Assembly (NCBI GenBank): GCA_963996245.1
Contig: CAXEIY010000142.1
Location: 5,006-69,005, forward strand
Direction: 5' to 3'
DNA: 64,000 nucleotides
Source: an uncultured Planctomycetia bacterium
GTDB lineage: Bacteria > Planctomycetota > Planctomycetia > CAXEIY01
The position numbers and the translations under genes were made by a program. This document shows, in pieces, positions 29,105 through 40,060 of this stretch. Position 1 is the first letter of the stretch; every line of letters begins with the position of its first letter. Under the pieces are notes generated by a model. That model saw nothing but the letters and a program-made list of their open reading frames with translations. It made no database searches and was not told the DNA's origin.

Positions 29105-30343
29105 ATGAACTATGCGCTCGTTGGTAACGATTCCATCTGTTACTCAATCGCAAAATCCGTTTCAAAAAGTGACCTCGATGCGCTCGTTGGCATATTACCA
29201 GTAGACAACAACAGCCCATCTGCACACGAGTTCCCAATGACCACGATACACCAGAACTGGGAATCTCTTCTGAGCTCTGAAAAAGTTGATGTTCTTATCC
29301 TTTCCGAAATCGCGGTGCGACAATGGAAACAATGGTCGCGTTTTATGAATAGGCCCATTCACATAATGGCCAACCTGCCGGCTGCGCTTTCTGTTGCCTC
29401 TCATGACGAGCTGGAGGCTTTCTTTGCAATAAAAACCCCGGCCCTCCTGTTCCCACTGATACCTAACCGGGTTCACCCAGCAGTCCTTCAAATGAAACAA
29501 TGGCTTTCCTCTAATAACCAAGGAAATTTAAGATCCATAACGTTTCATCATCAGTTTCAGGTACCTGATCAAGCCTCACCACCGGCCCGACAAACATCTT
29601 TCTGGAAAACTCTTGCCAGCGATCTGGATCTCTTTCGATTGTTTGCCGGCAATATTGTCGAACTGTGCGCAATGCGTTCCGAATCCGACACTTCATCGGA
29701 AGGCGACACTCCAGATCAACTGATCGCCTCTCGTCTCTCTTCTTCATTCAGTCTCCAATTCCGGGGCAGTCACACATCCGGATTCTGGCACTGTCATTAC
29801 CATAAAAAACATTCTCAGACCCGAATCGAAACACAAACCGATCAAGCGCGATTCGAAATTGAATGGGAAAACATAGAAAGTCCGGTAACGATACAGATAA
29901 CTCCTCCGGAATCAGTTAAGCATTGCCCTCCCTTTCATCCCGGACAGGCACTCTATGAAATTTTTTCAGACACTCTCCGGAAACAAACCTCACTCCCATG
30001 GTCTTGGCAAGATGCAACACGAACAGCAGAAAGCATAGAAGCGGTCAGACGCAGCCTCCGTAGAAGACGAGTGATCCAAATCCAGTTCCCGGAACCGACC
30101 CAAGAAGAATCCTTCAAGGGTACCATGATCGCTGTAGGTTGTGGCTTGTTGTGCTTGACTGTTATCCTGCTATTTTTTGTTAGTATCGCATGGATGATAG
30201 GTGTGCCTGGTGTTCAGTACCTGCTTTATCTCATTCCTTTCGCCATGTTGGTATTTCTGTTGTTGCAACTACTCCCCTTCAGCATCAAAGGGCAAAAACC
30301 GTCTCCATCAGAGCAGGACGATTCTCCCCCCAGAGACATCTGA
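29105..30343 (+). CDS. Degenerate Gfo/Idh/MocA-like protein with two C-terminal transmembrane helices
   Basis: N-terminal YALVG...WESLLSSEKVDVLIL; WQDATRTAESIEAVRRSLRRRR; hydrophobic C-terminus (FKGTMIAVGCGLLCL...). Confidence 0.55.
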   Translation: MNYALVGNDSICYSIAKSVSKSDLDALVGILPVDNNSPSAHEFPMTTIHQNWESLLSSEKVDVLILSEIAVRQWKQWSRFMNRPIHIMANLPAALSVASHDELEAFFAIKTPALLFPLIPNRVHPAVLQMKQWLSSNNQGNLRSITFHHQFQVPDQASPPARQTSFWKTLASDLDLFRLFAGNIVELCAMRSESDTSSEGDTPDQLIASRLSSSFSLQFRGSHTSGFWHCHYHKKHSQTRIETQTDQARFEIEWENIESPVTIQITPPESVKHCPPFHPGQALYEIFSDTLRKQTSLPWSWQDATRTAESIEAVRRSLRRRRVIQIQFPEPTQEESFKGTMIAVGCGLLCLTVILLFFVSIAWMIGVPGVQYLLYLIPFAMLVFLLLQLLPFSIKGQKPSPSEQDDSPPRDI

Positions 30344-30421
30344 CTGCTGTCTTTTACCCATCCGTCAAGCCCCCATTTGAGGCTGCATCCAATCCGCGAA
30401 CTCATAGACTCCTTAAAGCCG

Positions 30422-31612
30422 TCAAACTGATTTTCGGGATGCACGCTCTGAGATCGCCTGTTTAAACAAGGCTTCGTGTTCGTCCACTACACGATCGAAA
30501 CTGAAATTCTTTTTCACATGTTCACGTGACCGTATACCCATGTGATGACGTTTCGCTGGATTGTTCAACATCTCAATAATCCCCTTAGCTATTTCCTCTG
30601 GTTTCTTAGACGATACCATTTCAGCATGTATACCGTTCTGGGTGACAAAGCAGTTGCCGGGAATTTCCGTTGCAACCACTCCGATTCCCAAGCCAAGCGC
30701 TTCCAGCAAAGCGTTGCTTACCCCCTCTTGATGGGATGGAAGCACAAACAAGTCTGAAGCTCTCAGATAGGGTTCTACTTCCCTGACAGGCCCACAAACA
30801 TGCACACATGAAGTCCAACCCTGGCGATTTATTTCTACTTCCAAGAATCCTCGTAAAGGCCCTTCTCCAATAAAAAGCAACGATGCGTCAGGGCAAACTC
30901 GAATGACACTTTTCCAAGATTCCAACAAATCCTTGACCCCTTTTTCGTCACTGAACCGACCTACATATGTTACGAGAGCTCCTTTGCTGTCTCGTAATGC
31001 CTCAATCGGCAGTTCTTTACGTCTTTCCGATACTTGCCCAGAATCGTAAGCAGACACGGAAATCGGAACCCCTCCCGTAATCTCCCGGATCTTTTCCGGC
31101 CCATAATTCCAATCTATCAGTTCCTGTCTGATCTGTGGTGAAAGAGCGATGACAGAGTGTGCTTGACGGCAGTAATTTGCCAAAATACGTCCTGTAAAAC
31201 TTGATTTCTGCCAGGCCACATCACCGGTCAATGAGCTCCCGGACGGACGCAATATCACCGGAGTATGACTCTTTAAACTTAAAGCAGCGGCCGCTGCATG
31301 TTTGAGCATCGAAACATAAATGACATCGACTGAGTTACGGTCCTTGCGCAAAAGCTTTCGAATCTCTTTGATCCACAAAAACGTGCCCAAAAATCGATGT
31401 TGAGAAGTTTTCAGAAATACCGGCTGAACCGTATGCTCTTCTTTTCCAGAACTCGTGACACTGCCCTTCTCTCGACAACTCGCACCAGGAGACTCTGTAG
31501 CCAATATAACTTGATGACCACGCTGTACGAAACCTTGAGCCAGTCTCTCTATTGCTCTTTCTGCCCCACCGATCTGAGGTGAATATCGACGAGTGATCAT
31601 TAATATTCGCAT
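30422..31612 (-). CDS. Glycosyltransferase family 4
   Basis: Motifs RRYSPQIGGAE, YVGRFSDEKG, DLFVLPSHQEGVSNALLEAL. Confidence 0.9.
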   Translation of the reverse strand: MRILMITRRYSPQIGGAERAIERLAQGFVQRGHQVILATESPGASCREKGSVTSSGKEEHTVQPVFLKTSQHRFLGTFLWIKEIRKLLRKDRNSVDVIYVSMLKHAAAAALSLKSHTPVILRPSGSSLTGDVAWQKSSFTGRILANYCRQAHSVIALSPQIRQELIDWNYGPEKIREITGGVPISVSAYDSGQVSERRKELPIEALRDSKGALVTYVGRFSDEKGVKDLLESWKSVIRVCPDASLLFIGEGPLRGFLEVEINRQGWTSCVHVCGPVREVEPYLRASDLFVLPSHQEGVSNALLEALGLGIGVVATEIPGNCFVTQNGIHAEMVSSKKPEEIAKGIIEMLNNPAKRHHMGIRSREHVKKNFSFDRVVDEHEALFKQAISERASRKSV

Positions 31613-31672
31613 TGCTCACCGAACTTTCACCTTCCGACTCCCCTCCTTGAACATATCCTGTTGTTTAATGGA

Positions 31673-32497
31673 CTAGGGCAGCTCAGACAACGCTTCCGGA
31701 AGAGAAAGTGTCACCTCACCCGTTATAGACCATTGTGTTCCACGAGCTAGAAATGTCTGAAAACAAACACTCTTCATCGAATGCAGAAAATGTCCCATAG
31801 GAGTGTGAAACACACGACCCCGGTAATAGTTAGTCGCGATTACCATGGGTTCATTTTTCCCGGTACCCCCAGTTTCAATGGTCGAAAATGCGTGTGCTAA
31901 AACACGATATTTTGTGTTAACCGGGGGAACTTTTTCGAGCAATGGCCCCGTCAAGTTGTGATAAAGCTCATCTTCTGTGTGAACGATCTTTGATCGCATG
32001 CCGGATGTGACAGGATGACTTCTGTCTACCAACTCCAAACGGAAGGCGTGCGGACGACCGTGTCCCGCACCAGCACGCCACCCTACACCAATCATCTCGT
32101 TGAATTCCGTCCATTCTGAAAAAGCATTATTCGCGGCATGAACAATGACCAAACCACCCCCCTGCCTTACAAAGTTTAACAAGGTTTTTTCCCGTTTATT
32201 ACTCCAACGTGGTCCATTGTAATTGAGTAGTATCGCATCGTACTTTTCCAGTTCCGGATCATCGAGTACCACTGCAGACGGGTCTTTCGATACCGATACC
32301 TCAAAGATCCCAGTCGATTCCAGACTCCTTTTCAGTACCGGTGTTGTCGAACGCCAGTCATGATTATTCTTTCCGGTAATAATCAAAACTTTAAGCAGAT
32401 CGCTGTTCAACTCCTCTGCATGAATCGAAAATCGACCGTGCGTCAGTATGATTATTAAGCAAAAAATAAAACGACTCACAACCATGGGGCTGAACAA
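31673..32497 (-). CDS. Exported ThuA-domain protein
   Basis: Signal peptide; KVLIITGKNNHDW; GGGLVIVH; EDELY; GRVFHTPMGH. Confidence 0.85.
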   Translation of the reverse strand: MFSPMVVSRFIFCLIIILTHGRFSIHAEELNSDLLKVLIITGKNNHDWRSTTPVLKRSLESTGIFEVSVSKDPSAVVLDDPELEKYDAILLNYNGPRWSNKREKTLLNFVRQGGGLVIVHAANNAFSEWTEFNEMIGVGWRAGAGHGRPHAFRLELVDRSHPVTSGMRSKIVHTEDELYHNLTGPLLEKVPPVNTKYRVLAHAFSTIETGGTGKNEPMVIATNYYRGRVFHTPMGHFLHSMKSVCFQTFLARGTQWSITGEVTLSLPEALSELP

Positions 32498-32707
32498 TGG
32501 GTTACCTCCATATCAAAATAATCAGATGCTGACCATCACTCTCCATTACACCATCATTTTCCCACTGTATCAGTACTACGCGTTAAGCGAAACGCTTACA
32601 GGGCCATTCGCAATCCCATTGTCGCTCTGATACCTCTTTGATATGTTCATGATCCTCACGTAAGAACAGGAACAACGCAACTTGCTGAATTTCACGAGTT
32701 AGTTTCC

Positions 32708-33172
32708 ATGGATATCCACGAACAATTCATGAATCTGGCCCTTATGCAAGCCAGAAGCGGATTGGAACAGGATGAAGTTCCGATCGGAGCTGTTATTGTC
32801 AAAGACCATTCCATTCTCGCCGCTGCCTACAACCAAACAGAAATGCTCGCAGATCCCACCGCGCATGCCGAGATGATAGCCATCACACAAGCTGCCGCGG
32901 CCCTCACATCCTGGAGACTTATTGGGTGTACGCTTTACACAACCCTTGAACCGTGCCCCATGTGCGCTGGAGCAATCATACAGGCACGTATTCCGAAAGT
33001 TGTTTTTGGCGCATCAGATTTGAAAGCGGGAGCGTGCGAGTCCCTTTACCATATCACCGCTGACAAACGTCTGAACCATCAAGCAGATGTACTCGGAGGC
33101 ATCCTAGCAGACCAATGTGGTGCCGTACTTTCCACTTTTTTTCATTCGAAAAGAAATTCAAGGGAACAATAA
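32708..33172 (+). CDS. tadA: tRNA adenosine(34) deaminase
   Basis: Motifs [32 protein letters not shown]. Confidence 0.92.
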   Translation: MDIHEQFMNLALMQARSGLEQDEVPIGAVIVKDHSILAAAYNQTEMLADPTAHAEMIAITQAAAALTSWRLIGCTLYTTLEPCPMCAGAIIQARIPKVVFGASDLKAGACESLYHITADKRLNHQADVLGGILADQCGAVLSTFFHSKRNSREQ

Positions 33173-33228
33173 AAGACAAGGGATTCTCCGCCTGACAAAA
33201 GTACTCCCCATGTCGATGGATCAATACT

Positions 33229-34032
33229 ATGCCCGGTTCAAATCCTGAAATATCGGACTGGCCTACCTTGTTCTCATGGTTGAAGATTACCTCACATTCA
33301 AGTGTTTCGGTTATAGGATCCGGAGGAAAACACACTCTGTTACACTATCTTGCAAAGGAATCACAAAACGCTGGCCTCTCTGCCATCGTGACTTCCAGCA
33401 CACGCCTCCATCGCCCGGACCACAACCGACAACCGTTACTACTGGTTGCTGAGAATAACTATAAATGGCCGGAAAAACTGCTTCGCGAGTTACAATCCGG
33501 AAATATCGTATACCTACTCGAACAATCTCAAGCCAATTCTATGCTTGGTGGGTTCTCTAAGAAGGAACTTCAGGATATCAGGCTGCAATTCCCTGATACA
33601 ACCATGTTCATAAAAGCGGATGGAGCCAGAAAACGTTCTCTGAAATTTCCCAGTCGACACGAACCGTCCATCCCTTCATTCACGGACCTGTGCATTCTCG
33701 TTGTCGGGATCGACTGTATAGGAAAGACACTCGACAAAGAACATGCCCATCGCCCGGAACTCATTGTCAGTACACTTGGAATTCCACTGCATACGGTTAT
33801 CACTCCACAGATCGTCACACGTCTCCTCATCCATCCACAAGGCTATGTATCGCGCATTCCACGCACCTGTTCGACCATGCTTTACCTCAGTAAAACGTCT
33901 ACTCCTGAGGATCAGGATCATGCCCGGGAAATCATAGAGCATCTTCCGTTCGGAACTTTCGATTTTATGGTTTCTGGGGATACGAAAAAGGAAAGCATTC
34001 ACCTTTTGCGATCGGATAACAGTCGTCTCTAG
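33229..34032 (+). CDS. yqeC: Selenium-dependent molybdenum hydroxylase accessory protein YqeC-like
   Basis: SVIGSGGK (cf. GAGGKT); xADGARKRSLKFPSRHEPSIP (cf. EADG..+.P.K.P..HEP.IP); VVGIDCIGK; HRPE; HPQG. Confidence 0.75.
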   Translation: MPGSNPEISDWPTLFSWLKITSHSSVSVIGSGGKHTLLHYLAKESQNAGLSAIVTSSTRLHRPDHNRQPLLLVAENNYKWPEKLLRELQSGNIVYLLEQSQANSMLGGFSKKELQDIRLQFPDTTMFIKADGARKRSLKFPSRHEPSIPSFTDLCILVVGIDCIGKTLDKEHAHRPELIVSTLGIPLHTVITPQIVTRLLIHPQGYVSRIPRTCSTMLYLSKTSTPEDQDHAREIIEHLPFGTFDFMVSGDTKKESIHLLRSDNSRL

Positions 34033-34084
34033 AACATCGTTCCGTAATATCGTTGTCTTGATCAAGGTTGATTGGGCAGACCGA

Positions 34085-35218
34085 TCAAACAGTAATCACA
34101 AGGTTATCGCGATGGATCACTTCATCATAAGCGTGACCCTCTAGTACTGGTCGAATTTGACTGGAGTGCAATCCTCTGATCCTATGAGTAGCCTGAGAAG
34201 AGTAGTTGCTTAGGCCTCGTGCAAACTCGCGACCCTCAATATCTTTTAATCCCACCACATCACCTTTATTGAAATCTCCTACCACTTCCTTAATTCCCGC
34301 TGGCAAAAGGCTTCTACCCTGATCCCTGACTGCACGCTGTGCTCCCTCATCAAGAATCATAAAACCCTGAGGTCGAACGGAAAATCCAATCCATCTTTTC
34401 CATGCGGTCAAGGCGCCTCCTTGTGCCAACACCAAGGTACCTACCTGTTCTCCACGCAGAATCTCAAGCAAAACCTCTTCATGAGTCCCGTTCGCAATGA
34501 TGGCACTAGCTCCAGCAGAGGTCGCAATCTGCGCCGCTTCGAGCTTCGTCTTCATTCCTCCCCTACCGTGCCTGCTTGACATCGATTGAACCAACTGGAA
34601 GGTGGTTGAATTAAGATCACGAATCAAGGAAATCGGAAGCAGTTCATCACTCTCCGGATTGCCATCATACAAACCGTCTACTACCGTCAACATGATCAAC
34701 AATGGTGATGAAATAAGATGAGTAATCATGGCGGCTAATCGATCATTATCGCCAAAGCATATTTCATCCACACTTACGGTATCATTCTCATTCACAATCG
34801 GCACCATCCCGCTTTCAAGCAGGGAACGTAACGTATTGCGAACATTCAGGTAGCGCGTACGATTCTCAATATCCTCCACGGTCAATAAAATCTGTGCAGC
34901 ATGAGTCTGATAATGTTGAAACAGGTCTTCATAGGCACGCATCAGATTACACTGGCCGACTGCGGCGGCCGCCTGTAATTCCGGGAGCCCCTCCGGACGA
35001 CAATGCTTATCCATGGCGCCTAAACCGGCTGCAATAGCACCAGAACTGACCAGCACAACCCGTTTTCCATGTAATCGCAATTCATTTACCTGCCCAGCCA
35101 GGCAAGCAAGGCATTCGGTATCAAGAGAACCATCCTCACGCGTTAACACACTGCTGCCAATTTTCACAACCCAGGTTTCAGAAGTATCCGCAAGTTCTTT
35201 ACGAACCAAATCAATCAT
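34085..35218 (-). CDS. proB: Glutamate 5-kinase with PUA domain
   Basis: Motifs VVKIGSSVLT, VSSGAIAAG, AAVGQ, PIVNENDTV, FGDNDRL, GGMKTK, SLLPAG, IHRDNL. Confidence 0.95.
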   Translation of the reverse strand: MIDLVRKELADTSETWVVKIGSSVLTREDGSLDTECLACLAGQVNELRLHGKRVVLVSSGAIAAGLGAMDKHCRPEGLPELQAAAAVGQCNLMRAYEDLFQHYQTHAAQILLTVEDIENRTRYLNVRNTLRSLLESGMVPIVNENDTVSVDEICFGDNDRLAAMITHLISSPLLIMLTVVDGLYDGNPESDELLPISLIRDLNSTTFQLVQSMSSRHGRGGMKTKLEAAQIATSAGASAIIANGTHEEVLLEILRGEQVGTLVLAQGGALTAWKRWIGFSVRPQGFMILDEGAQRAVRDQGRSLLPAGIKEVVGDFNKGDVVGLKDIEGREFARGLSNYSSQATHRIRGLHSSQIRPVLEGHAYDEVIHRDNLVITV

Positions 35219-35408
35219 TGCCTTAACCAGAGCCTTCCTCTAGATACCGTACGAACTGTCATAATCGAACTCTTTGTAATCTCAATTCTATACCAGAAAC
35301 ATTCCATTTACGGTTCTTAAGATACCTGATAGGAACGACTGCAATAAAACATTATACTATGTCCTTTCCACAGACGCCCTCCGTACCCTCTAAGGAGCTT
35401 TCGCCCGC

Positions 35409-36983
35409 ATGGACGAACTACACCACGAGTGTGGAATTGCTGCGGTATATCAGTTGGACCACCTAGACCATACTCAGTCGGGAAAAACGGCGGCCTCCGC
35501 TCGTTTGATTCCACGAATGTTACTGGACATTCAAAATCGTGGCCAATTAGCGGCGGGTTTTACCGCATACGACCCGACTCGTCGCAAACTACTTAACACC
35601 TTCAAAGACTTGGGCACGGTTGCAGAGGTGTTCCGACTGAATCATCCTGCTAAGTTCGAAAACATCATGCTCAACTATCCCGGTTACGCCGGGATCGGAC
35701 ACGTACGCTACGCCACATGTGGACTGGACGATCGGGCCTACGCCCAGCCTTTTGAATGTCCCCATGGTCGAAAATGGAAATGGTTTACTTTTTGTTTTAA
35801 TGGTCAGCTATCGAATTTCGCTGATCTCAAAGAACAACTTATGGAAAAAACCGACTACCATTTAGCTCGAGACACCGATACCGAAATCATACAACACAGT
35901 ATCAGTTATGAACTTCGCGGAGATGTAAAGCCTAACTTTGTTGATGTCTTATCCAATCTGGCTGAAAAATTTGACGGTGCGTATAACATTGCCTTCCTTA
36001 ATGCCATGGGGGATATGGTTCTTGCCAGAGATCCCCTGGGCATTCGACCGCTGTGCTACGCTCAAGATGGCCCTTTGTTTGCCGCAGCCAGTGAAAGTGT
36101 AGCCCTTGCCAACCTTGGATTCTCAAATCAACAGATTTACTCGCTGGAACCAGGAACCGCTATTATTATCCAACCGGGTAAAGACCCCGAGTTTCATCGA
36201 TTCGCATCAGCGGACCAACGGGCCCACTGCTTTTTTGAATGGATCTACTTCGCTAATGTTGCCAGTAAACTGGATGATCGAAGTGTCTATTTAACGCGCA
36301 AGCGGTTAGGAGAAGAACTCGCACGCCTTGAAAACATCCCTATCGATGAAGATACTGTTGTGGTTCCAGTTCCAGATACCGGCAAGGCGGCGGCCGCCGC
36401 CATGGCGCATCAGCTAGGGATTCCCGCACAAGAGGGTTTGATTCGAAACCGTTATGTCGGTCGGACGTTCATTGAAGGTCAAAACCGGGAAAACAAGGCA
36501 CAATACAAGTACACGCCTCTGGCGGAAGTTCTCAAAGGGAAACGCGTTTTACTTGTGGAAGACACGATAGTAAGAAGTACGACGATGAAGGCACTGTTGA
36601 AGGAAATCCGCCGTCGCGGACAACCGAAGGAAATTCACGTCCGAGTGGCATGCCCTCCCATTGTCGCCCCTTGTTTCTACGGAATCGACATGTCGACTAC
36701 GCACGAATTGTTTGCTTCGCGATTTGAAAAACACGCCGAACAAAGTGACTCCATTCAGCAAACAATGGCAGAAGACCTGGGTGCCGACAGTCTGCGTTAC
36801 TTACCGATTGATTCGGTAGCGTATGCCATTGGAATGTCGGAAGAATCACTTTGCAGGGCGTGCTTAACAGGACAATATCCAACGGCAACCGGAACTCAAC
36901 TTTACCAGATAGCCATGCAACACGATCATCATTCAACCGGTCGCACTTATGAATCACAGACCACAGAAAGCTTGGTCCGCTGA
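35409..36983 (+). CDS. purF: Amidophosphoribosyltransferase
   Basis: Short propeptide before ECG; GHVRYAT; DTDTE; [10 protein letters not shown]; CFFEWIYFA; EDTIVRSTT; PCFYGIDM; CRAC. Confidence 0.95.
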   Translation: MDELHHECGIAAVYQLDHLDHTQSGKTAASARLIPRMLLDIQNRGQLAAGFTAYDPTRRKLLNTFKDLGTVAEVFRLNHPAKFENIMLNYPGYAGIGHVRYATCGLDDRAYAQPFECPHGRKWKWFTFCFNGQLSNFADLKEQLMEKTDYHLARDTDTEIIQHSISYELRGDVKPNFVDVLSNLAEKFDGAYNIAFLNAMGDMVLARDPLGIRPLCYAQDGPLFAAASESVALANLGFSNQQIYSLEPGTAIIIQPGKDPEFHRFASADQRAHCFFEWIYFANVASKLDDRSVYLTRKRLGEELARLENIPIDEDTVVVPVPDTGKAAAAAMAHQLGIPAQEGLIRNRYVGRTFIEGQNRENKAQYKYTPLAEVLKGKRVLLVEDTIVRSTTMKALLKEIRRRGQPKEIHVRVACPPIVAPCFYGIDMSTTHELFASRFEKHAEQSDSIQQTMAEDLGADSLRYLPIDSVAYAIGMSEESLCRACLTGQYPTATGTQLYQIAMQHDHHSTGRTYESQTTESLVR

Positions 36984-37026
36984 AACTCAAATCATTGATT
37001 GGAAGATTTTAATGTTTTTCACTAGT

Positions 37027-38181
37027 TCAAACGTCTAGCCATTGATGAAACCACGCGAACGCTTCTTCCTGCATAGTCAAATCAAACTTGTGTGGCCCAG
37101 GGAAAAATCGCGTTCGAGCCCGGTTCTTCGCATCCGCCTTGCTATAGACCTCGGACAACATACGGTCCGCTCGCTCCATTTCTGAAAGTGTAAAAAGCTG
37201 ATCTTCCCGATTATTCAAAACTAAAACGGGATTGGGTACGGACAAGCCAAGTATTTCTGGATAATCGAGCTCCACTGGCAATCCGGGAATATAAATCATC
37301 CAAGTATGGGTGTAACACTTATGGAGTAGATAATCCCTCCATGTCGTCATCATCCCGACGGCACACGTACAAGTAATGCGAGGATCGATCCCCGCCAAAT
37401 AAACCGCTCGTAATCCACCCCCAGAAAGCCCGCAACAACCAATACGTTGTATGTCCACTTCCGGACGTCTGCAAAGATAATCCAACGCCCATTGATCATC
37501 TGACGTAAAAACACCCGGCCATGTAGTGCCTGAACAAAACAAGCTCTTGGCAATCAAATGTTCATGATCAGCAGCAAACCGGTTGTAACGTTCAATTTCC
37601 TCTTCTGACTCCGGATCTTCCTCATTGAGTTGCTGCTTAATCACTTCCGGAACATCCATGGCCCTCATACGCCGACTGGCAAAGGTGAACACATCATGTA
37701 CCAAGACAGCAAAACCTTGTTTTGCCAATTCATTGGCCCAGGCGACACCACCGTAATAGCGATTTTGATGCCGTCGCATAATGGGATGTAAGTCATCACT
37801 GACTCGAGTAATTTTTCGGAGGCCAAAATACTTGTTTCCGCCATGATCATGTAAGCCCAACACTGCTGGCAGTGGCCCCTTTACTCCAGCAGGCTTCAAA
37901 AAAAGTGCCTGTGTGGGTGGGCCAAACGGAAGCTGCCAGGTCAGATGCTCGATTTCAAGTCCATCAAACTCCCATTGATGCTGAATGGATACTTGCGGCA
38001 CGGTGGCGTCATACGGTGACAGCAGGCGTTCCTTTAGACGCGTGCGAGCCGCTTTGCGCCAAGTCGCCAAATTCGTCCATCGGGAATTTCGGAATGACAA
38101 TCGTCCCGGCTCGTCCCCAACCTGTGAAGCTGCCCAAGGACCATAAGCACCCAGCATATTGGGAAGCAGGGAAGTATCCAT
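37027..38181 (-). CDS. Alpha/beta hydrolase (dienelactone hydrolase / Abhydrolase_7-like esterase)
   Basis: LPAVLGLHDHGG; nucleophile elbow GCCGLSGGG; DQLF; GPHKF. Confidence 0.8.
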   Translation of the reverse strand: MDTSLLPNMLGAYGPWAASQVGDEPGRLSFRNSRWTNLATWRKAARTRLKERLLSPYDATVPQVSIQHQWEFDGLEIEHLTWQLPFGPPTQALFLKPAGVKGPLPAVLGLHDHGGNKYFGLRKITRVSDDLHPIMRRHQNRYYGGVAWANELAKQGFAVLVHDVFTFASRRMRAMDVPEVIKQQLNEEDPESEEEIERYNRFAADHEHLIAKSLFCSGTTWPGVFTSDDQWALDYLCRRPEVDIQRIGCCGLSGGGLRAVYLAGIDPRITCTCAVGMMTTWRDYLLHKCYTHTWMIYIPGLPVELDYPEILGLSVPNPVLVLNNREDQLFTLSEMERADRMLSEVYSKADAKNRARTRFFPGPHKFDLTMQEEAFAWFHQWLDV

Positions 38182-38228
38182 CCGGGAAGTAACTCTATCG
38201 AAAAATATCTTTAGTAATCAAACCCGGT

Positions 38229-38573
38229 TCATTTCAATCGTGCCAACACCTCTTTGGGAATCCTGCCCGTCCTCATAAACTCAGGATTACTCAAAACGTA
38301 TTTCATCATGATCCGTTGCCGCTTAAATTCATTGCGTTGTCCCTCAGGAAGATGACCGAACATTTCATCATAATCGCCGGTATGATTTTCTTCTTCTTCA
38401 GGTAAAGCATCCGGATCAGATGGGATAGGCTGGACAATCGCTTCCTCAGCCAGCGTCACACGGTTGAAGCTCCAAACCAGCACACCCCCACACATGACCA
38501 ACGCGCCTGCGATACAAAGGACCAAACCGCGTTTTCGGCTATCTCCGGCGACAGGACGATATTGAACTGACAT
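38229..38573 (-). CDS. Small hypothetical membrane-anchored or exported protein
   Basis: ATG 38573 with AAGGA RBS; basic stretch, one hydrophobic segment, then an acidic domain. Confidence 0.5.
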   Translation of the reverse strand: MSVQYRPVAGDSRKRGLVLCIAGALVMCGGVLVWSFNRVTLAEEAIVQPIPSDPDALPEEEENHTGDYDEMFGHLPEGQRNEFKRQRIMMKYVLSNPEFMRTGRIPKEVLARLK

Positions 38574-38827
38574 GATCGCTTTCCTTTCCAACAGAAAGCC
38601 GAAAGTAAACCACACGCATGTGAACGCCAACACACGGTCTCATCTGGTTCCTATTGTGACTCTCTCCGATGATCGGAGCAAGCGCATTGTCTACATCGTT
38701 CCCCCATAGCTACTGTGTAGACAGACTCCCGTTACCCCCCACACCGTTGTCACCCTGTTTGATCCTTTCCATAACACGTACTTTTTTGCACCCCCGCCAC
38801 ACTACACTCTATAGGGACGGATTGCTG

Positions 38828-40060
38828 TTAATATTCTTGCAAACGAACCACTTCCACGGAACTGCCAGGGGAGATTACACGATCCTCCGCGATCACTGCA
38901 AACGCCTCACTTCGTGCAAGACTATTCAGATCTGCTGATCCACGCGTTGGTACAGGGGTGACCTCTGCACCGTTCGAAGTTTCATTCCAACCTACTCCAA
39001 TAAACCGTCGCAAAGGAAAGGCAGCCATGTTCGGTCCTTTCCACACGGCAGATATTGGACGACTTTCGAAAGGGTCCCGCCCCATTAGCTGGAACAACAG
39101 GGGGCGAACAAGCATCCAGAAACAGACAAAAGCCGCCACAGGATTTCCAGGAAGGCCAAATACATGAGTAGCGTCTCGTACCCCGTAAAGTACGGGTCTC
39201 CCAGGCTTGATAGCAACATGATGGAATAGTATTTCAACCCCTTCTTCCTGGAGTGCCCAAGGAACTAAATCACGTTGGCCCGCACTTACTCCTCCCGAAA
39301 GTATCACAACATCCTGTGTCAGAGCGCGTCGAATCGCCTCGCGTAATGTCGCTTCCTGATCCAGAGCAATCCCGAGGTCATGGCCGATGGCCCCGAGATT
39401 TTCCACCGCACTCATTAACGCAATACTGTTGGAATTTCGAATCTGCCCCTCACCCGGAGTCTGATTCGCTGGCACCAATTCACTTCCCGTCGCAAGTGCG
39501 GCTACTTGTGGTCGGCGATGACACACCAGTGTTACGTAGCCCTGTCCGGCAAGAATGCCAATATGTTCCGGTTTAACACAGGTTTTCGCTGAAAGCAATT
39601 CGTCACCTACAGCAATATCTTCGCCGCGATGGCAGATATTTGACCCGGGAGGAGCCTCTTCCATAAATTCGATCTGTGGGCGGTTAGTTTCCGATGGACG
39701 CTCCCTTACTGTTTCAACCATTACGACGGTATCCGCCCCTGCTGGCACAGGTGCACCTGTCATGATGCGTACCGCTTCCCCTGACGCTACCTGGCGTGAC
39801 GCCACATCACCTGCAAAAACATCTTCAATTACGTCCAGACAATGCCCCTTGATAACATCGGTACGTCTTACCGCAAAACCATCTACTGCCGACTTGTCAA
39901 AAGATGGCATATCCGAAACGGCTTCTAGAGACTCGGACAAAACCAATCCTCTTGCTTCTAACAAAGGATAAGCCCGGTCAGGTAAAGGACTCGTGGTTTC
40001 TGATATAATCTTTAATGCATGGTCAAATCCAAGAGGTTTTTTCATCGTGTTGCAAACCAT
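38828..40060 (-). CDS. moeA: Molybdopterin molybdenumtransferase
   Basis: Motifs PSFDKSAVDGFA, IMTGAPVP, ATGSEL, IRNSN, SGGVSAG, IKPGRP, GLPGNP. Confidence 0.93.
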   Translation of the reverse strand: MVCNTMKKPLGFDHALKIISETTSPLPDRAYPLLEARGLVLSESLEAVSDMPSFDKSAVDGFAVRRTDVIKGHCLDVIEDVFAGDVASRQVASGEAVRIMTGAPVPAGADTVVMVETVRERPSETNRPQIEFMEEAPPGSNICHRGEDIAVGDELLSAKTCVKPEHIGILAGQGYVTLVCHRRPQVAALATGSELVPANQTPGEGQIRNSNSIALMSAVENLGAIGHDLGIALDQEATLREAIRRALTQDVVILSGGVSAGQRDLVPWALQEEGVEILFHHVAIKPGRPVLYGVRDATHVFGLPGNPVAAFVCFWMLVRPLLFQLMGRDPFESRPISAVWKGPNMAAFPLRRFIGVGWNETSNGAEVTPVPTRGSADLNSLARSEAFAVIAEDRVISPGSSVEVVRLQEY

